Assembly (NCBI GenBank): GCA_963736075.1
Contig: CAVTNW010000013.1
Span: forward strand, 57,913-121,912
DNA length: 64,000 nucleotides
From: an uncultured Alphaproteobacteria bacterium
GTDB taxonomy: Bacteria > Pseudomonadota > Alphaproteobacteria > Rhizobiales > Xanthobacteraceae
Direction of reading: 5' to 3'
The position numbers and the translations under genes are program-made. The notes below the pieces were generated by a model that searched no databases, had not been told where the DNA came from, and worked only from the letters and a program-made list of their open reading frames with translations. Shown here piece by piece: positions 57,199-64,000 of this stretch (positions are counted from its first letter, which is position 1; each line of letters starts with the position of its first letter).

Positions 57199-60183
57199 AT
57201 GTCCAACAAGGGCTCAATGACGCAGCTTGAAGAGCGCCTGGCGCGCGAGACCAAAGCCGAGCTCCTGTTCGATTCCTTCAGCCGCGGGCGCTATGCCACC
57301 GACGCGTCGTTTTATCAGATCATGCCGGCCGGCGTGGTGGTGCCGCGCAGCATCGACGACGCCCTGAGCACGCTCGCGATCTGCCGCGAGGCGGGCCGCA
57401 TTGTCACCCCGCGCGGCGGCGGCACCTCGCAATGCGGCCAGACCATCAATGATGGCATCATCATCGATGTCTCCAAACACCTGAACCGCCTGCTTTCGCT
57501 CGATGTCGAAAACCGCAGCTGCGTGGTCGAGCCGGGGACCGTGCTCGACGATCTCAACCGCCAACTGAAGCCGCACGGCCTGTGGTTCCCAGTCGACGTA
57601 TCCACCGCCTCGCGCGCCACCATCGGCGGCATGGCCGGCAACAATTCCTGCGGCGGCCGCTCGCTGCGCTATGGCACCATGCGCGACAACACGCTGTCGA
57701 TCGATGCCGCGCTGGCCGACGGCACGCGGCTCCATTTCGGCGAACTGCCAAGCCAGCTTTCGCCCGAGAATGCGGATGCCCCCGGCGGGAAACTGTTTTC
57801 CGACCTGCTGGCGCTTGGCGCCCGCGAGGCGGCCGAGATCGCCGAACGATTTCCGAAAGTGCAGCGCCGCGTCGGCGGCTACAATCTCGATGCGCTGGTG
57901 CCGCGCAATGCGGCCAACAACATGGCCCATCTCCTGGTCGGCTCCGAGGGCACGCTCGCCTTCACCACCGCGGTCGAATTGAAACTGTGGCCGGTGATCC
58001 GCAACAAGGTGCTCGGCGTCTGCCACTTCGGCAGTTTCTACCAAGCGATGGACACCGCTCAGCATCTGGTCAAGCTGCGTCCGATCGCGGTCGAACTGGT
58101 CGACCGCACCATGATTGCGCTCGGCCGCGAGATCGCGATGTTTGAGCCCATCATCGCCGAAGCCGTGCGCGGCGATCCCGATGCGGTGCTGATCGTCGAG
58201 TTTGCCTGCGAAGACCAGGCGGAAAACCTGCAAAAGCTGAAGGAACTCGGCGAATTAATGGCCGATCTCGGCTTCGGCTGGGACCGACCCAAAGCCAAAT
58301 GGGGCGGCGTGGTCGACATCACCGCGCCCGGCCTGCAGACCGCCGTCGCGGAGTTTCGCGCCGCCGGCCTCAATGTGATGATGTCAATGAAACAGGAAGG
58401 CAAGCCGGTCTCCTTCGTCGAGGACTGCGCGGTGCCGCTGGCCCATCTCGCCGATTACACCGCGCGGCTCAATGCCATCTTTGAAAGACACGGCACCAGC
58501 GGCACCATGTATGCGCACGCCTCGGAGGGCTGCCTGCATGTGCGGCCGGTCCTGAACCTGAAACTCGAAAAGGACGTCAAGGCGATGCGCGCCATCGCCG
58601 AGGAAACCTTTGCGATGGTCCGGGAATACAAGGGATCGCATTCCGGCGAGCACGGCGACGGCATCCTGCGATCGGAATTTCATCAGGCCATGTTCGGCGA
58701 GCGCATCACCGCCGATTTCAGGGAGATCAAACACCGCTTCGATCCGGACAATCTGCTCAATCCCGGCAAGATCGTCGATGCGCCCCAAATGGACGATCGC
58801 TCGCGCTTTCGTTACCCGCCGGATTACCGCATCGGTGCGTTGCGGACCAAGCTGGACTGGTCGGCCTATCCCGGCGCTGGCGGCGGGTTCCAGGGCGCGA
58901 TCGAAATGTGCAACAACAATGGCGCCTGCCGCAAGCTCGAGGGCGGCGTGATGTGCCCGTCCTACCGGATCACCCGCGACGAGAAGGATGTCACGCGCGG
59001 CCGCGCCAACACGCTGCGGCTGGCGATCTCCGGCCAGCTCGGCCCCGATGCGCTGGCCTCGGACGACATGGCGGAGACCATGAAACTTTGCGTGTCCTGC
59101 AAAGCCTGCCGCCACGAATGCCCGACCGGCGTCGACATGGCCAGGATGAAGATCGAGGTGCTGGCGGCGCGGGCGGCGCGACAGGGACTTTCGCTGCGGG
59201 ATCGCATGGTCGGCTTCCTGCCGCGTTATGCCCATCTGGCTGCGCGTTTTGCCGGGATCGCCAACTGGCGCAATAACAGTCCCCTGTTGCGGCGGCTGTT
59301 CGAAAAATTCGCTGGCATCAGCGCGCAGCGCTCTTTGCCGGCGTGGCGGCGCGACGTGTTCAGCGCCGGCGCCGAGGCGATGGGCCCGCCCGATGGCCGC
59401 GAGGTCGTGCTGTTCGCCGACACCTTCAATCGCGCGTTCGAGCGCGAAAACCTCACCGCCGCGCTGCATGTGCTGGTCGCGGCCGGCTACCGTGTTCATC
59501 TGCCCAAGCCCGACGATGGCGGCCGGCCGCTGTGCTGCGGGCGGACCTTTTTTTCAGCAGGTCTGGTCGATCACGCCCGCGCCGAACTCGACCGGCTGGT
59601 CGCAACCTTGGCGCCGTTCGCCGCGCGCGGCGTGCCCATCATCGGCCTGGAGCCGAGTTGCCTGTTAACGCTGCGCGACGAACTGCTCGCGCTGCGATCT
59701 GACTCCATGGCCAAAACCATCAGCGCCCAGGCGCTGATGTTCGAGGAGTTCATCGCCCGCGAGGCCGCGGCCGGCCGGCTGCGGCTGCCGCTTGGACGCC
59801 TGCCCCGCACTGCCCTGGTGCACGGCCACTGCCACCAGAAATCGTTCGGCGCCTTCACGGCGGTGGAACAGGTGCTGCGGCTCGTTCCGGAGCTGAAGGT
59901 CGAGATCATCTCTTCGAGCTGCTGCGGCATGGCCGGCGCCTTCGGCTACGGCACCGAGACTTTTCAGGCCTCGATCGAAATGGCCGAACTGTCGCTTTTG
60001 CCGGCGGTGCGGCGCGCCGATGCCGCCACGCTGATCGTCGCCGACGGAACCTCGTGTCGGCACCAGATTGCCGATGGCACCCACCGTGCAGCCCTCCACG
60101 TCGCCCGCGTGCTGGCGATGAGCCTTCGCGCGCCATCCAGTGAACCCGCCTCCCCTGCCACAAAGGAACCGATCCATGGCTGA
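57199..60183 (+). CDS. FAD-linked oxidase fused to Fe-S/CCG-domain subunit (GlcD-GlcF-like 2-hydroxyacid dehydrogenase)
   Basis: Starts at ATG 57199 (MSNKGSMTQLEERL). FAD-binding PCMH domain (PRGGGTSQCGQ). 4Fe-4S motifs CNNNGACRK and CVSCKACRHECP. C-terminal CCG cysteine-rich domains. Confidence 0.9.
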   Translation: MSNKGSMTQLEERLARETKAELLFDSFSRGRYATDASFYQIMPAGVVVPRSIDDALSTLAICREAGRIVTPRGGGTSQCGQTINDGIIIDVSKHLNRLLSLDVENRSCVVEPGTVLDDLNRQLKPHGLWFPVDVSTASRATIGGMAGNNSCGGRSLRYGTMRDNTLSIDAALADGTRLHFGELPSQLSPENADAPGGKLFSDLLALGAREAAEIAERFPKVQRRVGGYNLDALVPRNAANNMAHLLVGSEGTLAFTTAVELKLWPVIRNKVLGVCHFGSFYQAMDTAQHLVKLRPIAVELVDRTMIALGREIAMFEPIIAEAVRGDPDAVLIVEFACEDQAENLQKLKELGELMADLGFGWDRPKAKWGGVVDITAPGLQTAVAEFRAAGLNVMMSMKQEGKPVSFVEDCAVPLAHLADYTARLNAIFERHGTSGTMYAHASEGCLHVRPVLNLKLEKDVKAMRAIAEETFAMVREYKGSHSGEHGDGILRSEFHQAMFGERITADFREIKHRFDPDNLLNPGKIVDAPQMDDRSRFRYPPDYRIGALRTKLDWSAYPGAGGGFQGAIEMCNNNGACRKLEGGVMCPSYRITRDEKDVTRGRANTLRLAISGQLGPDALASDDMAETMKLCVSCKACRHECPTGVDMARMKIEVLAARAARQGLSLRDRMVGFLPRYAHLAARFAGIANWRNNSPLLRRLFEKFAGISAQRSLPAWRRDVFSAGAEAMGPPDGREVVLFADTFNRAFERENLTAALHVLVAAGYRVHLPKPDDGGRPLCCGRTFFSAGLVDHARAELDRLVATLAPFAARGVPIIGLEPSCLLTLRDELLALRSDSMAKTISAQALMFEEFIAREAAAGRLRLPLGRLPRTALVHGHCHQKSFGAFTAVEQVLRLVPELKVEIISSSCCGMAGAFGYGTETFQASIEMAELSLLPAVRRADAATLIVADGTSCRHQIADGTHRAALHVARVLAMSLRAPSSEPASPATKEPIHG

Positions 60184-60604
60184 ACTGACCCTCGACGTCG
60201 CCCGCAAGATCCTCGATGCCGCCTTGGCCAAGGCAACCGAGAAGAAACTGAAGCCGCTGGTGGTGATGGTCCTCGACGCGCGCGGCTGCATCAAGGCTGC
60301 CGCGGCGCAGGACGGCACCAGCCTGCTGCGCGGCGAGGTCGCCCATGGCAAGGCCTACGGCGCGCTGGCGATGGGCATGGGATCGCGGGCGCTGTTCCAG
60401 CGCGCCCACGAGCAGGCCTATTTTGTCAGCGCGGTGAACACGCTGGCCCAGGGGCGGCTGGTGCCGGTCCCCGGCGGCGTCTTGATCCAGCAAGAGGGCG
60501 CGCTGCTCGGCGCCGTCGGCGTCAGCGGCGACAGCTCGGACAATGACGAGATCTGCGCCATCGCCGGCATCGAGGCCGCCGGGTTGAAGGCAAATCCAGG
60601 GTAG
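60176..60604 (+). CDS. GlcG/HbpS-like haem-binding protein (DUF336)
   Basis: Starts at ATG 60176, overlapping the upstream stop (ATGGCTGA). Motif GAVGVSGDSSDNDEICAIAG. Confidence 0.8.
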   Translation: MAELTLDVARKILDAALAKATEKKLKPLVVMVLDARGCIKAAAAQDGTSLLRGEVAHGKAYGALAMGMGSRALFQRAHEQAYFVSAVNTLAQGRLVPVPGGVLIQQEGALLGAVGVSGDSSDNDEICAIAGIEAAGLKANPG

Positions 60605-60613
60605 GCCACCGTC

Positions 60614-60676
60614 ATGGCCGGGCTTCGTCCCGCCTGCGGGGCCGAAGCTCCTTCGGCGCGGCGAAGGTTCGGCCAT
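60614..60676. terminator. GC-rich nested inverted repeat between convergent genes (bidirectional terminator or REP-like element)
   Basis: Outer arms ATGGCCGggCTTCG (60614-60627) and CGAAGgttCGGCCAT (60662-60676). The inner hairpin is perfect: GCCGAAG-ctc-CTTCGGC (60641-60657). Confidence 0.35.
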
Positions 60677-60703
60677 CCCTGTCTTTGTTACGACCCGCAA
60701 GCT

Positions 60704-62011
60704 TCAACTGGCTGACGCCAGCGCGGGGTCGGCCGTCACCATCGATTCCCTGGAGCGCGGCAGGACGAAGTGGATGATCGCCGTTGCGATCACGTAGACA
60801 CTGGCGCAGGCGAAGAACACGACGGTGTAGTTGTTGCCGGTTGCATCGAGCACCCGGCCGATGGCCGCAGCGGAAAAGGCTCCCGCCAAGGAGCTGATAC
60901 CGCCACCCAGCCCAACCGCCGACGCCACCGCGCCGCGCGGCATGGTGTCCGATACCAGCGTGAACAGATTGGCGGAAAATCCCTGATGCGCGGCCATGGC
61001 AATGCCGATCAGAACCACCGCGGCCCACATGCTCTGCAACTGCGGCGCCAGGAACACCGGCAGGGTGCAGGCTGCACAGACCAAAAGCGTGATCTTGCGG
61101 GCGGGGAAAACGTCCATGCCGCGCTTGATCAGGGTCGAAGAGACCCAACCGCCCGCGATCGAGCCGACATCGGTAAGCAGATAGATCACCACCAGCGGCA
61201 ACCCGACGGCAAACAGCGACACATGAAACTTGCTATTGAGGAAGCTCGGCACCCAATTGTTGTAGAACCACCAGGCCGGATTGGTGAGCACGGCGCCGAT
61301 GATGTAGACCCAGGTGCCGGGATAGGTCAGTAACCGGCCCCAGGGGACTTGTTTGGCCGCGGGTTCCGGGTCGCGGTTGATATAAGCGAGTTCGCTCGCC
61401 GAGACGCGCGGGTGTTCGGCGGGGCTGCGGTAACTCATCAGCCAGTACACCACCCACAACAGACCGATCGCACCCGTGACGTAGAAGGCGGCTTGCCAGC
61501 CGGACAGGCTGACAACGAGCGCGCCGATCAGCGGCGCCAGCATCGCGCCGATGTTGCTGCCGCTGTTGAAAATGCCGGTAGCCAGCGCGCGATCGCGCAC
61601 GGGAAACCAGGTGGCGATGGTCTTGATGCAGGTCGGGAAGTTGCCGCCTTCGCCAAGGCCGAGCACGATACGGGCAACGATGAAGCCGGTGACCGAGGCC
61701 ACCATGCCGTGCGCGGCGGAGGCCAGGCACCACAGGATCGCGGCGGCGGCAAGGCCTAGGCGAATGCCGATCTTGTCGGTCAGCCAGCCCATGCCGGCGT
61801 AGCCGATCGCATAGGCAATCGAAAAGAAGAAGATGATGTTGCCGAAATCGGTCTCGCTGAAATGCAGGTCGTTCTGTATCGTCGGCTTGAGCACGCCGAG
61901 GATGTTGCGGTCCATATAGTTGATGGTGGTGATCAGGAACAACAGGGCGCAAACGATCCAGCGATAATGCGTGGCAGCCTTGGTGAAGGCCAACAGGTTC
62001 GACTCTTTCAT
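60704..62011 (-). CDS. MFS transporter (ACS/hexuronate-type)
   Basis: 435 aa with 12 TM segments. GGGAGGA Shine-Dalgarno sequence upstream of ATG 62011. Motif INYMDRNILGV. Paralogous in type to the transporter at 55531-56814. Confidence 0.9.
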   Translation of the reverse strand: MKESNLLAFTKAATHYRWIVCALLFLITTINYMDRNILGVLKPTIQNDLHFSETDFGNIIFFFSIAYAIGYAGMGWLTDKIGIRLGLAAAAILWCLASAAHGMVASVTGFIVARIVLGLGEGGNFPTCIKTIATWFPVRDRALATGIFNSGSNIGAMLAPLIGALVVSLSGWQAAFYVTGAIGLLWVVYWLMSYRSPAEHPRVSASELAYINRDPEPAAKQVPWGRLLTYPGTWVYIIGAVLTNPAWWFYNNWVPSFLNSKFHVSLFAVGLPLVVIYLLTDVGSIAGGWVSSTLIKRGMDVFPARKITLLVCAACTLPVFLAPQLQSMWAAVVLIGIAMAAHQGFSANLFTLVSDTMPRGAVASAVGLGGGISSLAGAFSAAAIGRVLDATGNNYTVVFFACASVYVIATAIIHFVLPRSRESMVTADPALASAS

Positions 62012-62288
62012 CTGGATCCTCCCGGCGGTTGGTTTTTGAATGTTGGCGCGCCGCCGGCTGCTGCAGGGAGGCGGCTGGATGGGATGTTCTAGAAGAAGTA
62101 CCGGGTACGGATCGATACCCTATTAAGCATGGATCAATTCATTTTCGGCATCGATTGAGGGAGCGTCGGCGCGAGGCTGCCGACCGCATCGTCGAAATGA
62201 CAGAGCCCCCACTTGCGGGCTGCCTTCTTGGCGTCGCTGCGTGGGGACCACGGGCGAAAATCGGAAGCTTCTTCCAACAGAGCTTGCT

Positions 62289-63071
<783 letters not shown>

Positions 63072-63139
63072 GGACCCTCCTGCTCCATCTGCTGCTGGCA
63101 GACATTAACGGCAGGTCGGCGTCCCGCGGCAAGTCCGAT

Positions 63140-64000
63140 TCACGGCTTTGGATAGGCCGCCGGCATCGCCTTCCTGACCCAGACCTTGTTGTCATGGAAG
63201 GCCGCTCCGCCGATCGGCGCGACGGCCTCGGCTCCGGTCAGCGTATTGATGCCGCGGCCGCCGATATGGGCCTTGTTCGGCTGGATCGATTCCGCGATCA
63301 GCACGCCGCGGCGCACGCCGTCGAACAGTCTGGCGGTCAGCGTGGTCTCGCCCCTGGTATTGCCGAGCGTGACGGCGTCGCCGTCGGCGATATCAAGCAA
63401 GCCGGCATCATCGGGATGGATCATCACGCTGGGCGCGCCCTCGCGCGCCTGCGATGAGGGCGTTTCATTAAAACTGGTATTGAGGAAACTGCGCGACGGG
63501 CTGGTGGCGAGCCGGAACGGATGGGCCTCATCCGCCTCCTCGATGGAGGCCCAGTGATCGGGCAGTGAAGGCATCTGGTCCCAGGCACCCATCAGGCCGG
63601 CACTGCCGATCGGCGGATGGGCCCAATCGGCCTTGAAATGGAACTTGCCGTCGGCATGGGCGAAGCCATCGAGGTAGTGCGAGGTGCGGAAATCCGGCTG
63701 CAGGTCGCGCCACAGATCAGCTTCCAGCGCCTCGATACCGCCATGACCGCTCTTTTTGAGCGTCACGTCGATCAATTCGCGCGGCGACATGTCGAACCCG
63801 GGATGGACCGCCCCGAGGCGACGGGCGATGCCCTGCAGCACCTCGTGATTACTGCGGCATTCGCCGGGCGGATCGATCAGCTTGGCGCCGACCGAAATAT
63901 GCTGATGCCCACCGCCATAATAGAGATCGTCATGCTCCATGAACATGGTCGCCGGCAGCACCAGGTCGGCCATGGCGGCGGTCTCGGTCATGAACTGCTC
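63140..64000 (-). CDS. molybdopterin-dependent oxidoreductase, C-terminal part (5' end beyond window)
   Basis: The frame stays open to the window edge. The internal motif TETAAMADLVLPATMFMEHDD and the C-terminal molybdopterin-dinucleotide-binding barrel (IHPDDAGLLDIADGDAVTLGNTRG) are typical of the family. Confidence 0.85.
   Translation of the reverse strand, partial: EQFMTETAAMADLVLPATMFMEHDDLYYGGGHQHISVGAKLIDPPGECRSNHEVLQGIARRLGAVHPGFDMSPRELIDVTLKKSGHGGIEALEADLWRDLQPDFRTSHYLDGFAHADGKFHFKADWAHPPIGSAGLMGAWDQMPSLPDHWASIEEADEAHPFRLATSPSRSFLNTSFNETPSSQAREGAPSVMIHPDDAGLLDIADGDAVTLGNTRGETTLTARLFDGVRRGVLIAESIQPNKAHIGGRGINTLTGAEAVAPIGGAAFHDNKVWVRKAMPAAYPKP

Noticed and set aside
61996-62005. GGTTCGACTC, which resembles a tRNA T-arm
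   Set aside because: It lies inside the N-terminal coding region of the MFS transporter. I could not build an acceptor or anticodon stem around it. No tRNA was found anywhere in the window.

Overview
This is a high-GC, densely coding chromosomal segment that looks alphaproteobacterial (Bradyrhizobium/Rhodopseudomonas-like). That placement is inferred from composition, protein families and a palindromic REP-like element, not from any database search.

Contents from left to right:
1. 1-6.1 kb: the tail of a Liv-type ABC uptake operon, plus an AGE-family epimerase and a PaaK-like CoA ligase.
2. 6.07-16.94 kb, minus strand: an ~11-kb O-antigen/EPS-type polysaccharide cluster. It holds a WbpB/WbpD/WbpE-like diamino-sugar trio, glycosyltransferases, an epimerase, a methyltransferase, an acetyltransferase, an AsnB-like amidotransferase and a Wzx-like flippase. 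Its core has visibly lower GC.
3. 17.2-24.1 kb, plus strand, divergent from that cluster: a translationally coupled operon built around a free-standing ACP. It also encodes an FkbH-like HAD-IIIC/GNAT protein, an AAC(3)-like N-acyltransferase, a double-hotdog/SDR fusion and a ceramidase-like amidohydrolase. This is my best candidate for an undescribed system: ACP-dependent N-acyl decoration of the neighbouring polysaccharide.
4. 24.1-34.3 kb: a polyol (sorbitol/ribitol-type) ABC uptake and catabolism locus with a SorC regulator.
5. 34.4-45.3 kb: a complete type II secretion locus (gspD-peptidase divergent from gspEFGHIJKLM). It lacks gspC, has a lipobox-bearing secretin and a short TadV-like prepilin peptidase.
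6. 45.3-64 kb: ordinary metabolism and transport genes.

I saw no rRNA, tRNA, CRISPR, IS/transposase, integrase, phage or recognisable defence genes.

There are four apparent frameshifts in three genes (ceramidase-like, FkbH-like, and a sugar permease with two). All four need the same +1 correction, so single-base insertion errors in the assembly are as likely as true pseudogenes.

The supplied ORF track translates GTG/TTG starts as M and often over-extends 5' ends. I re-picked starts where the sequence supported it. All family calls come from motif and architecture recognition by eye.
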